Of a stretch of 64,000 nucleotides of DNA, positions 50,390 through 60,118 are shown one piece after another. The DNA lies in contig CAVYJM010000010.1 in NCBI GenBank assembly GCA_963768855.1, forward strand, positions 32,001 to 96,000, written 5' to 3'. The DNA is from an uncultured Thermoplasmata archaeon (GTDB taxonomy: Archaea; Thermoplasmatota; Thermoplasmata; RBG-16-68-12). The position numbers were made by a program, and so were the translations under genes. A model generated the notes under the pieces. That model did not search any database. It worked only from the letters and a program-made list of their open reading frames with translations, and was not told the origin of the DNA. The stretch's first letter is position 1. Every line of letters begins with the position of its first letter.

Positions 50390-50971
50390 GTGCGTCGCTT
50401 CCTCGTCGTCGGACATCGAGCGGTCACCTCCCCCGACTTCTCCTTGGACGACCTCGCGGGCGCCGCGGGACGGATGGACATCCTCCTGAGCGCCGCGAAT
50501 GCCGCCCTCCTGCTCGCGCACGACATCCGCCGGGACGCGGAGGCGGACCTCCTCCTCCTCGGACCGCCGGACCCTCCGCGGCTCGTCCGGATCCTCGGGG
50601 ACCGCGTCCGTTCGTACCAACCGGACCTGCGAAGCAACGCGGCCCTGCTTCGCAAGGCCCTGGAGCACGGCTCGCGCGTTGAACACGAGACATCCCCAGG
50701 GATCCTTGCCTCCCGCACCGATCTCGAAAGCGCCCTAGAACAGCTCGGCCCGGCCTTCGTGTATCTGAAAGAGGGCGGCCCGGACGTCCGGGGCCTGTCG
50801 CTCCCCGACGACGCGACGTTCGTCCTCTCCGACAACCAGGACCTGACCCCTGAAGAGGAGCGTGCGGTCCTCGCGCACAATCCCCTTGTCGCGGGACTCG
50901 GTCCCCATGGGCTGCATACAGATCACGCCATCGTCTTGGTACAGAACGAACTTGATCGGAGGCGAGTATGA
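50390..50971 (+). CDS. trmY: tRNA (pseudouridine54-N1)-methyltransferase (SPOUT)
   Basis: MRRFLVVGH...FSLDDLAGAAGRMD, FVLSDNQDL, LGPHGLHTDHAI. Confidence 0.92.
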   Translation: MRRFLVVGHRAVTSPDFSLDDLAGAAGRMDILLSAANAALLLAHDIRRDAEADLLLLGPPDPPRLVRILGDRVRSYQPDLRSNAALLRKALEHGSRVEHETSPGILASRTDLESALEQLGPAFVYLKEGGPDVRGLSLPDDATFVLSDNQDLTPEEERAVLAHNPLVAGLGPHGLHTDHAIVLVQNELDRRRV

Positions 50972-52032
50972 ACGAGACCGAGTTCGTACGTACGGCGCTC
51001 TCGGAACTCGTACGCATCCCCTCGGCAGCGGACGTGGACATGGCAGGCATCCTCGAGGCCGCCCGCGCCGCGATGGAGGAGCTGGGGCTCCACCCGATCG
51101 TCCACGACGACCTCAAGGCCGTCGAGGCGTCCTCCGGATCGGGGGGCGTGCTCCTCAACGGGCATCTCGACACGGTCCCCGTGGCCTCGGGCTGGACGAA
51201 GGCCCAGGGCGCGTGGGAGGGCGATATCCTGTACGGGCGCGGGACCGCGGACATGAAGGCGGGATGCGTCGCCGCGCTCGCCGCAGCCCGGACGCTCGTC
51301 GAGCGGGGCGAGCCGGTCTCCCTCCTTTTCACCACGGACGAGGAGACGACGATGGTGGGCTCGAAGGCGCTCGCCGCCTCGTCGATCGTGAAGGATGCCG
51401 CGGCGGTCGTCGTCCTCGAGCCGACGGGCCTCCGGGTCATCGCGAGCGAGAAGGGCGTCCTCTGGTACCGCGCGACGGCCCACGGCCGGAGCGCCCACGG
51501 CAGCATGCCCCATCTGGGCGACAACGCGATCCAGCGGATGGCCCGGATCCTCGGGCGGCTCGAACCCTACGCCCATCCGAAGGACGTGCTGAACGAGGTG
51601 ACCGTCAACGCGGGGCAGATTCGCGGCGGCGTCGCCCCGAACGTCGTGGCCGACGCGTGCAGCGTGGAGCTCGACTGCCGCCATCCGCCCGAGGTGGACA
51701 AGGCCGGCGTCGAATCTCTTCTCCGCACTGCGTTCCAGGAAGTCGGCGGGGACGTCACCCTCGAGACAATCCACGAGGTCCCGGCGGCCCGCGTCTCGTC
51801 CGACGCGCCCCACGTCCGCCTCCTGCGGGAGCTCGCCGGCACGGAGGTCGTCGGCGTGACCTACGCCACGGAGATGGCGTGGTACGCAATGCACAACCCG
51901 CGGTGCGTCGTCTTCGGGCCCGGGGAGACCGCCCGGATCCACGTACCGGACGAGCGCGTCTCCCTTCGGGAGACGGTCCGGGCCGCCGACCTCCTCGTGC
52001 GGTACGCGGAGCGCCTCGAAGCTACTCGATAA
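50968..52032 (+). CDS. M20 family metallopeptidase/deacylase (ArgE/DapE-like)
   Basis: NGHLDTVP, GRGTADMKAG, TTDEE, VLEPT, GRSAHGSMP, GPG...HVPDE. Confidence 0.9.
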   Translation: MNETEFVRTALSELVRIPSAADVDMAGILEAARAAMEELGLHPIVHDDLKAVEASSGSGGVLLNGHLDTVPVASGWTKAQGAWEGDILYGRGTADMKAGCVAALAAARTLVERGEPVSLLFTTDEETTMVGSKALAASSIVKDAAAVVVLEPTGLRVIASEKGVLWYRATAHGRSAHGSMPHLGDNAIQRMARILGRLEPYAHPKDVLNEVTVNAGQIRGGVAPNVVADACSVELDCRHPPEVDKAGVESLLRTAFQEVGGDVTLETIHEVPAARVSSDAPHVRLLRELAGTEVVGVTYATEMAWYAMHNPRCVVFGPGETARIHVPDERVSLRETVRAADLLVRYAERLEATR

Positions 52033-52081
52033 CGGTCGACCAAAACATATAAGGCGAGGGGCGAGTAGCGGCCGCGACACC

Positions 52082-53278
52082 ATGGCACGCTCCGACAAGG
52101 GCCGGGACTTCTACATCGCCACGGAAGAGGAGATCCACGCCGGGAAGACGACGGACATCTACTTCCTGCGGACCCTGGACATCCTCAAGAAGGCGGGGCG
52201 GGACCGGACCGTCGTCGACGCGGAGGTCACCACGGGCGGCCTGCCGAACGGTTGGCCCTGGGGCATCCTGGCCGGGATCGAGGAGGCCGTCCACCTCCTG
52301 AAGGGCAAGGGAGTGAGCCTCTGGTCCCTCCCCGAGGGCACCCTGTTCCAGCCGCGCACCCCACGAGGCGTCCCGCTCCCCGTCATGGCCTTGCAGGGCC
52401 CGTATGGCGACTGGGCGTTGTACGAGACGCCTCTCCTGGGGCTGATTTGCCAGACGAGCGGGATCGCCACGAAGGCCGCCCGGCTCCGCAAGCTCGCGAA
52501 CGGCAAGCAGATCTTCTCCTTCGGCGTGCGGCGGATGCATCCCGGGATCGCCCCGCTCATCGAACGCTCCGTGTACGTCGGCGGACTCGACGCGATCACC
52601 ACGCCCCTCGGTTCCTCCCTCCTGGGTCTGCCCGCCATGGGGACGATGCCCCATGCCCTGGTCATCGTCATGGGCGGGTCCCGCGAGGCGTTCCACGCCG
52701 TCCAGAAATACCTGGAGAAGCGAATCCCGCGGATCGCCCTCGTGGACACGTACTACGACGAGAAGACGGAGACCCTCCTCGCCCTGGAGGAGATTCCCGA
52801 CCTGGCAGGCGTCCGCCTCGACACGCCCTCGTCCCGCCGCGGCAACTTCCCGCAAATCGTCCGCGAGATCCGATGGGAACTCGACCTGCGGGGCCACAAG
52901 GACGTCAAGATCTATGTCTCGGGCAACATCGACGAGAAGACGATCCCCGCGCTCCTCGCGGCCGGCGCGGACGGCTTCGGCATCGGCACCTCCCTGAGCA
53001 ACGCCCCCACCATCGACTTCGCCTGCGACATCGTCGAGATCGAGGGCAAGCCCGTCGCGAAGCGGGGCAAGTTCGGAGGGCGGAAGGAGCCGCTGCGCTG
53101 CCCGAAGGACGGGACCTACGAGGTCGGCGTGAGCAAGTGTCCGATGTGCGGGGGTCCGATGAAGCCGGTCTACGTGCAGTACCTGGAAGATGGCGAGCTC
53201 CGGGCCGAGTTGCCCTCCCTGTCCGAGATCCGGAGCCGCGTCATCGCCGAGGTCGACCGCGCGACGCTCGAGGCCTGA
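52082..53278 (+). CDS. pncB: Nicotinate phosphoribosyltransferase
   Basis: TDIYF, SFGVRR, GTMPH, LVDTY, VRLDTP, SGNID, GFGIGT motifs. Confidence 0.92.
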   Translation: MARSDKGRDFYIATEEEIHAGKTTDIYFLRTLDILKKAGRDRTVVDAEVTTGGLPNGWPWGILAGIEEAVHLLKGKGVSLWSLPEGTLFQPRTPRGVPLPVMALQGPYGDWALYETPLLGLICQTSGIATKAARLRKLANGKQIFSFGVRRMHPGIAPLIERSVYVGGLDAITTPLGSSLLGLPAMGTMPHALVIVMGGSREAFHAVQKYLEKRIPRIALVDTYYDEKTETLLALEEIPDLAGVRLDTPSSRRGNFPQIVREIRWELDLRGHKDVKIYVSGNIDEKTIPALLAAGADGFGIGTSLSNAPTIDFACDIVEIEGKPVAKRGKFGGRKEPLRCPKDGTYEVGVSKCPMCGGPMKPVYVQYLEDGELRAELPSLSEIRSRVIAEVDRATLEA

Positions 53279-53309
53279 GCGCGCCTTTTATCGGGCCGCA
53301 GGGGCTTAG

Positions 53310-53996
53310 GTGTGCGTGGCAGCGGCGACGAAGGCAGAGGTCCGGGCGACCTACGAGCGCATCGCTGAACCGTTCGCGGCCTCGCGGGAGGAACCGTGGC
53401 CCGAGGTCCTCTCGTTCGCGACCTCGCTCCCCGAGGCGATCCGCATCGCCGACGTAGGGTGTGGCAACGGCCGTCATGCCCGGGCGCTCGCCTCGACCGG
53501 GCACATCGTCACCGCGGTCGACTTCGCACGCAACCTGCTCCTGATTGGCCGCCGCGGATCGCGCGGTCGGGTGTGGGGCCAGCACATCTCCTGGGTCCAG
53601 GCCGAGGCGACGACCCTCCCGCTCCGCTCCGGCTCGATGGACGCCGCCCTGTGCGTCGCGGTCCTTCACCATCTGCCCTCGGCCGAGGAGCGGACTGTCG
53701 CCCTGCGCGAGCTCCGCCGCATCCTGCGGTCCGGGGGCCGCGCGTTCATCAGCGTCTGGGCTCTCGATCAGCCCCGCTTCCGGAAGGCCGTCGAGGCAAG
53801 GCGGCACCTCCCCGCGGACGTGCGGGGCGACGTGGAAATCCCGTGGACGATGCCCGATGGGGTCGTCATCCCGCGGTACTACCATCTGTTCGAGGAGGGC
53901 GAGCTGGAGGTATTGATTATCGAATCCGGGCTTCACGGAGAAAGGTTTTTCCGGGGCCCGGGAAACCTCTTCGCGGAGGCATCGAGCCATGGCTGA
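53310..53996 (+). CDS. Class I SAM methyltransferase, Trm9/ALKBH8-like
   Basis: VRATYERIAEPFAASREEPWPEV, DVGCGNGRH, VAVLHHL..AEER, FISVWA, RYYHLF. Confidence 0.8.
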   Translation: MCVAAATKAEVRATYERIAEPFAASREEPWPEVLSFATSLPEAIRIADVGCGNGRHARALASTGHIVTAVDFARNLLLIGRRGSRGRVWGQHISWVQAEATTLPLRSGSMDAALCVAVLHHLPSAEERTVALRELRRILRSGGRAFISVWALDQPRFRKAVEARRHLPADVRGDVEIPWTMPDGVVIPRYYHLFEEGELEVLIIESGLHGERFFRGPGNLFAEASSHG

Positions 53997-54177
53997 CCTC
54001 GGGACGACCGTCACGGACTTCTTCGCGACGATCGTCCAGAACCCGCTCTATCTCCTCCTCACGGTCGGCGGCGTCGCCGCGCTCCTCCTCGTGATCATCG
54101 CCCACCACATTCACAAGATCCGCAGCCAGGAGATCTTCGTGCACCAGGCGTGGGGCGCGAATTGGAAGGGCCGCTAG
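53989..54177 (+). CDS. Small membrane protein
   Basis: 62 aa, single TM helix, overlaps the upstream stop by 8 nt. Confidence 0.6.
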   Translation: MADLGTTVTDFFATIVQNPLYLLLTVGGVAALLLVIIAHHIHKIRSQEIFVHQAWGANWKGR

Positions 54178-54227
54178 GTTCGAAACCCTCATATCCGGTC
54201 GCGGCTTCGTGCCGCTCTGGTGCGTCT

Positions 54228-54611
54228 GTGTCCAAGATACCCGAGGAGCTCCGCTACACGAAGGATCATGAGTGGGCGAAGATCGAGGGAAACCGCGCGC
54301 GCGTGGGCATCACGGACCACGCCCAGAATGAGCTGACGGACGTGGTCTACGTCGAATTTCCCGCGGTCGGCAAGACCGTGGCACAGGGCGAGGTCCTCGG
54401 GACGGTGGAATCCGTGAAGGCGGTGAGCGAGATCTTCTCCCCGCTGAGCGGCAAGGTCGTCGAGGTGAACAAGGTCCTCGACGACACCCCGGAGCAGGTG
54501 AACAAGGACCCGTACGGAGCCGGATGGATGGTCTTGCTGGAGATGACGAACGCCACGGAGGTCTCGAAGCTCCTCGACGCGTCGGCGTACCAGAAGCTCG
54601 TCGGCGACTGA
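54228..54611 (+). CDS. gcvH: Glycine cleavage system H protein
   Basis: YTKDHEW, VGITDHAQ, lipoyl-Lys motif VESVKAVSEI, VNKDPYGAGW. Start GTG 54228. Confidence 0.95.
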   Translation: MSKIPEELRYTKDHEWAKIEGNRARVGITDHAQNELTDVVYVEFPAVGKTVAQGEVLGTVESVKAVSEIFSPLSGKVVEVNKVLDDTPEQVNKDPYGAGWMVLLEMTNATEVSKLLDASAYQKLVGD

Positions 54612-54659
54612 GCTGAGACCGGAAGGAACCCTTTTATCGGCAGGGACGGTTCGGCCCGC

Positions 54660-54734
54660 GGGCACGTAGGCTAGTTTGGACTAGGCTAGAGGCCTTCGGA
54701 GCCTCAGACCGGGGTTCGAATCCCCGCGTGCCCG
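54660..54734 (+). tRNA. tRNA-Arg (anticodon TCG)
   Basis: Acceptor GGGCACG/CGTGCCC, anticodon arm GAGGC-CTTCGGA-GCCTC, T-arm CGGGG-TTCGAAT-CCCCG. No intron and no encoded CCA. Confidence 0.95.
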
Positions 54735-54828
54735 TTTCGTCTCGCGTTTGTCAACTCGGGGCCGTTGACGAGACATACGCACAAATAGCGGATATCCCGC
54801 TCGGCGATCCAATTCAAGAAGGGCTGGG

Positions 54829-57393
54829 ATGCCTCAAGACAGGGGAACTCCCCTCGCTCGCTTCGCGCAGGCCATCGCCGCGGAGGACGGCTTCTCGTTC
54901 GGACGTCCGTCCTTGTCGGACGACGGTTCTACGGTGACCGTCCCGATTCTCCAGACCCATGGTCCCACGCGGCGATACGTGTTGGCCCAGGAAGTGTGGG
55001 ACAGCATCTCGGCCGTGGACTCGGGCCGTCTCGATCGCCTGCGGGTGCACAACGCCTCCGCGGTGCGCGTGTTCTTCCCTCCTGGGACCCTGTTCGTAGG
55101 GCGGGAAACGCCCTCCCGGGGCACGGTCGCCGGCATCCTGCTCGAACCCGGATCCGAAGTAGATGTAGAGGTCAAGTGCGTCCACGCATCGCAACGTCTG
55201 ACGCCCGGGGCGGCCCTGCAATTGGCCGTCTACATCGCGTCCGATGAGTTGCGCCGCGCGCTGGTCTCCAGGGACCAAGGTTGGGTGTGGACGATGGTGC
55301 GCGAGGGCGTGGGGAACAACCGCAGGACGCCCGCCGCAGGCCCATCCCACCGACCCACTCGAGTAGGCGATGACGATCTTCTCGCTTCCCTGACCGCGTC
55401 GAGCCCAGCAGCAAACGGTCCCGACTTGGCGCCGCGCGGGCTCGTGTCGGACAACAGCCAGTGCGGGATGGTCATATTGGATGCCGAAGGAGTCCGGCTC
55501 CTCGAGACCTACGCAAGCCCAGAGTCATGGAACGTCGCAAGCCCTCTCGCTCGGACGCACACCGCCGAGGGAATCGAATCGAATTCGATTCCCGGGATGG
55601 CCTTGACCCTGGACCCCACTCGGGCCGTCCAGGTTGCAAAGGAGTTCCTGCTCCGCGTGGGTGCGGTGGAGTATCGCCACGGGACTCCCTGCAGCTGGTC
55701 GAGCGTCGACTCTGCCTCCGAGTACACCGAATTCGAGGGCGACGTCCTCCATCTCATCGCCTTCGGTTCCGGGAATCTCCGGCCCGAGTCGTACACACGG
55801 GCGCCCTCGGTCTCTCGGAGCGGATGGCTCCCCGGGACGGAGCCGGAAGGCCCGATCCTCGGCTCCTCCCTCACCATGTCAACGCCCGCGTCGGGCGACG
55901 GGGAGACCACCACGCTTCCCGTCGCCGCCGTGGAGCCGGAACAGGAGCCCGAGCCGGAGCGGCCGGAAGCCCGACCGCGCCGCCGGAAGGTCCTCACGAG
56001 CGGCTGGGACGCGCCCACGTTCGAATCCCTCGAGCGGTACTCGCAGAAGGAGTTCGGCGGCGATCGGTCCGCCGCGATGCGGTTCCTCGTGCGCCAAGGG
56101 CTGGACCGGCGCGGCTATCTGGGTCCACGGTCCGCACGCCCGATCGCTGCAACCTGGACCGTCGCGCCAACCGACGAGCCGGCGCCCGACGTCGAACTCG
56201 GTCGCGCCGCGATCGAGGCGCGGATCCAGGACTTCGAGCGGATCGTTCAGACTGATGCATATGCTGATTGGCTCCGTGCGCGGGCCCGCGTCGAGCTCGA
56301 GCGGATGGCGGGGGCCGCGGGAGATGAGTCACTCCGTGTGGTGGCCCAGGCCGCGCTGGACCGGTTGCCCGCCCCGCCCACGGAGCCGGAGCCCTCCCCG
56401 CCTGTCGAGGAGGAGGCGCCTCCCCTTCTGCCTCCCGTGGACGTCCGCCCAATCCTGCGCCGGGCGTTCTCCGCCAGCGCGGGCGGCCGCTACTCGGAGG
56501 CTCTCCTCCTGTTCGACGAGGCCCTCGATGCCGAGCCGGACAACCGCACTGCCCTCCTGGGCCGGGCCGTCGCCCTGCGTCGGTCCGGAAAGGCAGCCGA
56601 AGCCCTCGCGGCCCTCGACCTAGTCCTCCGGCTCGAGCCCGCGAACGCCGCCGCCCTCTTGAACCGCGGTCGGGTGCTCCAGGAGCGGGGCGATCTGCAG
56701 GGAGCGCTGGAGACCTTCGACCGGCTCGCGGTGGTCGCCCCGAACGACTGGGACGTCTGGATGGCGCGGGGCGACGTCCTCGTCCGGATGGGTCAGGATC
56801 GCGGCGCGTTCGACGCCTACTCGGAAGCCCTCCGGCGGAATCCGGACGATGAGAGCATCCAGGCGAAGATTCGGGCCCTGGAGAGGATTCGCCTCGCGCC
56901 GGCCTCCTCACCCGCGCCTCGGCCCGCGCTGCCGCGCGACGTGCAGGAGGGCCAGTCCTTCCTCGTGAAGGCGGCACGGCCCGATCTGGGCTACCGAGTG
57001 CTCCGGACCCTCGCGGTTCGGCAGGTTCCCTCCCTCGTGTTGACCCATCAGCCAGCCGAGACATTGCGGGCCACCCAGGGGCTCGGAGGGACCCGCGTCC
57101 TGGAGCTCAGTCATGCACCGGGCGAGGGCCACCTCAGCCCGACCTCGCTGGTCCTCCTGACCAAGGTCATCGAGCGGTTTGTGGAGGAGAACCACGGGCA
57201 TGCGGTCATTCTCCTCGATGGGCTGGGCGCTCTCATCGCGGGGAACGGGTTCCGCGATACCGTCCTGTTCGTCGAGCGCGTGCACGAAGTCATCCTCCAG
57301 TCGCAAGCCATCTTCTTGATTTGCGTCGCGCCGGACGACCTGAGTGAGAGGGAGGCCGCCATCCTCGAGCGCAACCTCCGCGTCCTGACGTGA
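54829..57393 (+). CDS. Multidomain protein: ARPP-1-like + RHH-like + TPR + DUF835
   Basis: N-terminal LRVHNAS...VKCVH...DQGWVW...VLHLIAF (ARPP-1/DUF6569-like). Middle VLTSGW...DRSAAMRFLVRQGL (RHH-like). About four TPRs. C-terminal VILLDGLGALIAGNGF...LSEREAAILER (DUF835). Confidence 0.75.
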   Translation: MPQDRGTPLARFAQAIAAEDGFSFGRPSLSDDGSTVTVPILQTHGPTRRYVLAQEVWDSISAVDSGRLDRLRVHNASAVRVFFPPGTLFVGRETPSRGTVAGILLEPGSEVDVEVKCVHASQRLTPGAALQLAVYIASDELRRALVSRDQGWVWTMVREGVGNNRRTPAAGPSHRPTRVGDDDLLASLTASSPAANGPDLAPRGLVSDNSQCGMVILDAEGVRLLETYASPESWNVASPLARTHTAEGIESNSIPGMALTLDPTRAVQVAKEFLLRVGAVEYRHGTPCSWSSVDSASEYTEFEGDVLHLIAFGSGNLRPESYTRAPSVSRSGWLPGTEPEGPILGSSLTMSTPASGDGETTTLPVAAVEPEQEPEPERPEARPRRRKVLTSGWDAPTFESLERYSQKEFGGDRSAAMRFLVRQGLDRRGYLGPRSARPIAATWTVAPTDEPAPDVELGRAAIEARIQDFERIVQTDAYADWLRARARVELERMAGAAGDESLRVVAQAALDRLPAPPTEPEPSPPVEEEAPPLLPPVDVRPILRRAFSASAGGRYSEALLLFDEALDAEPDNRTALLGRAVALRRSGKAAEALAALDLVLRLEPANAAALLNRGRVLQERGDLQGALETFDRLAVVAPNDWDVWMARGDVLVRMGQDRGAFDAYSEALRRNPDDESIQAKIRALERIRLAPASSPAPRPALPRDVQEGQSFLVKAARPDLGYRVLRTLAVRQVPSLVLTHQPAETLRATQGLGGTRVLELSHAPGEGHLSPTSLVLLTKVIERFVEENHGHAVILLDGLGALIAGNGFRDTVLFVERVHEVILQSQAIFLICVAPDDLSEREAAILERNLRVLT

Positions 57394-57457
57394 CGCCGTC
57401 CGGCCCGGCACGATCCGCGTCAGGCTTAAGCGCGGGCAGGGCCTCCGGCCGAAACGG

Positions 57458-58021
57458 ATGGCATCCCCGCCGCCCGCTCCGGATTCGGTCGGCGCCATCA
57501 TCCGCAAGGCCCTCCCCGAGGATGCGCCGGCCCTCGCGGAGATCTACAACCGCGCCATCGAGGAGCGAATCGCCACCTTCGAGACGGAGGCGCGCTCGGC
57601 GTCGGGCATGCGGGCCTGGATCGGCGAGCACGACGACCGCCATCCGGTCCTCGTGTTGGAGGCGTCCGACGGGCGGAGCCCCGTCGACCGAGGACGACAG
57701 GTCGTTGCCTGGGCCTCCATCGCGAGCTACCGGCCCCGTGCGTGCTACGCGGGAGTCGGGGAGGTCTCCATCTATGTTCGGGAAGGGTACCGCGGTCGAG
57801 GCTTCGGGCAACAGCTCCTCCTCTCGCTGGTCGACGAGGCACGAGACCTCGGGTACTGGAAGCTCGTTTCCCGGATCTTCCCTCATAACACGGCCAGCCG
57901 GCGGCTCGTCGCGCGGTGCGGGTTCCGGGAGGTCGGTGTGTATGAGAAGCACGGGAAGCTGGACGATCGATGGCTCGACACGGTGATCGTGGAGCGACTG
58001 ATACCCGAGAACCTGCGTTGA
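57458..58021 (+). CDS. GNAT N-acetyltransferase (Pat/ArsN1-like)
   Basis: IYNRAIEERIATFET, YRPRACYAGVGE.SIYV, RGRGFG, HNTASRRL, HGKLDDRWLD. Confidence 0.88.
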   Translation: MASPPPAPDSVGAIIRKALPEDAPALAEIYNRAIEERIATFETEARSASGMRAWIGEHDDRHPVLVLEASDGRSPVDRGRQVVAWASIASYRPRACYAGVGEVSIYVREGYRGRGFGQQLLLSLVDEARDLGYWKLVSRIFPHNTASRRLVARCGFREVGVYEKHGKLDDRWLDTVIVERLIPENLR

Positions 58022-58111
58022 CGTTCGAGTGTGGGGAACCCGGGCATCCCGGTCCCGGTCTGATGCCTCATGCTTATGCGGCGAACGGGATTGAGGGAAC
58101 CGAGGAATCCC

Positions 58112-58657
58112 ATGCCGAAGAAGACGAAGCGAGCCGCCAAGAAACCACGCCGCGCGCCGAAGCTGAGCCCAATCCCGCCGGGCATGCGCACGGTGACCCC
58201 CTACCTCTTCATTGCGGGTGCTGCGCAGGCTCTCGAGTTCTACAAGAAGGCTTTCGGGGCGAAGGAAATTTCACGACAGCCCACGCCGGATGGCAAGTTG
58301 ATTCACGCGATGATGAAGATCGGCGATTCCTTTGTCATGATGTCCGACGCATTCGAGGAAACCCCGACCCCGACACCCCCGACCGCCGGCGCCCCCACGG
58401 CCATGATCCACATCTACACGAGGGATGTGGACAAGCTCTGGAACCAGGCCCTCGCGGCGGGTGCCAAGGTCTCCATGCCCCTCGACAACGTGTTCTGGGG
58501 CGAGCGGTACGGGCAGCTCGAGGACCCTTTCGGACACCGATGGACCCTCTCCATGCGGATCCCGATGAGCCGCCAGGAACGGGAGGCGAAACAGAAAGCT
58601 TCCATGGCGATGTTCGCCTCCGGCGAACATCCGGGCTCCGAGCAGCAACCGCGTTAG
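58112..58657 (+). CDS. VOC/glyoxalase (PhnB-like) protein
   Basis: TVTPYL...ALEFYKKAFGA, HAMMKIGDS, FWGERYGQLEDPFGHRW. Start trimmed to ATG 58112. Confidence 0.88.
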   Translation: MPKKTKRAAKKPRRAPKLSPIPPGMRTVTPYLFIAGAAQALEFYKKAFGAKEISRQPTPDGKLIHAMMKIGDSFVMMSDAFEETPTPTPPTAGAPTAMIHIYTRDVDKLWNQALAAGAKVSMPLDNVFWGERYGQLEDPFGHRWTLSMRIPMSRQEREAKQKASMAMFASGEHPGSEQQPR

Positions 58658-59586
58658 CCGCTCTCCGAGTCCTCGAAGACCGCGGCGCGGTGCGATTTCG
58701 GAAGGAGAGCGTAGACCCGATCGCGCCCGCCATCGAAACCGATCGTGTGGGCACCCATTTCCGTGGGACAAGATTCGATCCGTTCCAGGGTTCGTGCGTC
58801 GAACACATCGACCACGCCAGGGTCGCCGATGGCCACGTAGAGGTGATTCCGGCGGGCGTTGAGGAAGACCACGTCGGGCGGTCCACTGAGGGGCCGCTCG
58901 GCGAGCACCTCGCCCGAGGATCGGTTGAGGACGATCACTCGGCCGTCGTCGCAGGCGCAGAAGAGGCGCCCCCGCGTCGCGTCGAGGTCCAGCCCGTGCG
59001 GTCCCACGGCCGGCACGGACAACGATCGCGCGATGTGATCTGGATGCGGGACGTCGAGCACGACGATCTGCGGTGGATCGCGGATGTTGACGTAGAAGGC
59101 CCTCGTCTTGTCGTCGTACAGGGCCCACCGCGTGCGGCCCGGGACTGGGACATCTGCCACCCTTCTCTTCGAGGGGACGTCCACCAGGGAGACCGTCGTC
59201 GATTCCGGCACCTTCGGGTCCCCCACGTTGGCTGCGAGGAGGAGCCCACGGGAGGGAGCGAAGGCCAGCCCGTTCGGATGGACCCCCACCTCCACCCGGG
59301 CCGCCTCGGCCTCCTTCCCCTCCTCGAAGAAGCTGACCGTGTCCTCCGCGCGGTTCGAGGTGAAGATGAGATTCCGTTCTTCGGAGACGAGGACGCCCGC
59401 CACCCCCTTCAGTCCGGGGATGGATCGAAGGTAGCGGTTCGCGGGGCCGTCGATGACGTCGACCGCATCGTTCGCGGTGTGGGCCACGTAGAGGCGGCCC
59501 GATGCTCCGTGGACGGCCGCGTGATCGAAGCCGCCCTCCCCGAGGTGTTCCGGCAGGGCGATGTAACCTCGGGGTTCGAGGCTCAT
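58654..59586 (-). CDS. YncE-like beta-propeller protein
   Basis: GFDHA, repeated VDVID/VSLVD/VVDVFD blades, HPNGL, GPHGL, GAHT. Confidence 0.8.
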   Translation of the reverse strand: MSLEPRGYIALPEHLGEGGFDHAAVHGASGRLYVAHTANDAVDVIDGPANRYLRSIPGLKGVAGVLVSEERNLIFTSNRAEDTVSFFEEGKEAEAARVEVGVHPNGLAFAPSRGLLLAANVGDPKVPESTTVSLVDVPSKRRVADVPVPGRTRWALYDDKTRAFYVNIRDPPQIVVLDVPHPDHIARSLSVPAVGPHGLDLDATRGRLFCACDDGRVIVLNRSSGEVLAERPLSGPPDVVFLNARRNHLYVAIGDPGVVDVFDARTLERIESCPTEMGAHTIGFDGGRDRVYALLPKSHRAAVFEDSESG

Positions 59587-60050
59587 CGGGGCGCGTGCTC
59601 CAGCTTGCCCCTTCCTTCGACCTTGAGCTTGCAGTAGGTGTACAGGGCGTCGTACGCCGGGAACTGGAGGCGCATGTTGTCGTGGTCGTCCTTCGCGTTC
59701 GTGCGGAACCCGAGCGCCATGGCCTCCAGCCCTGCGCCTTCCGGTCGCGGCTTGTGCGGCGCCGCGTCCGCGGTCCGGACGATCTCGGCCATGTCGAGGA
59801 GCGCGGGATCCGTGAGTTTGTACTTCCGGATGATCGCATCGAAGCTGCAGCGCTCGTCGTCGCCGTCCTTGTAGTGGAAGAGCTCGGCACCCGGCGCATC
59901 GAACGAGATGGCGCCCTGCTCCTTCGCCACGTCGAGGACCTTCTCCCTCGGGACGAACAGGAACTCCGCTTTCGCATCTACGAACCGGGTGATGAGCCAG
60001 GGACAGGCGATCCGATCCACCTTGGCCTTCTCACGCGTTACCCATTTCAT
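59583..60050 (-). CDS. Chromate-resistance ChrB C-terminal domain protein
   Basis: MKWVTRE...DRIACPWLITRFVD..AEFLFVP, CSFDAII, YDALY. Confidence 0.88.
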   Translation of the reverse strand: MKWVTREKAKVDRIACPWLITRFVDAKAEFLFVPREKVLDVAKEQGAISFDAPGAELFHYKDGDDERCSFDAIIRKYKLTDPALLDMAEIVRTADAAPHKPRPEGAGLEAMALGFRTNAKDDHDNMRLQFPAYDALYTYCKLKVEGRGKLEHAPR

Positions 60051-60118
60051 CGGTGTCTCCACCCGCCGGCACCGAGCGGTGGACGGCTACAAAAGGCTGG
60101 TGCCAAGTGACGGCCGCG

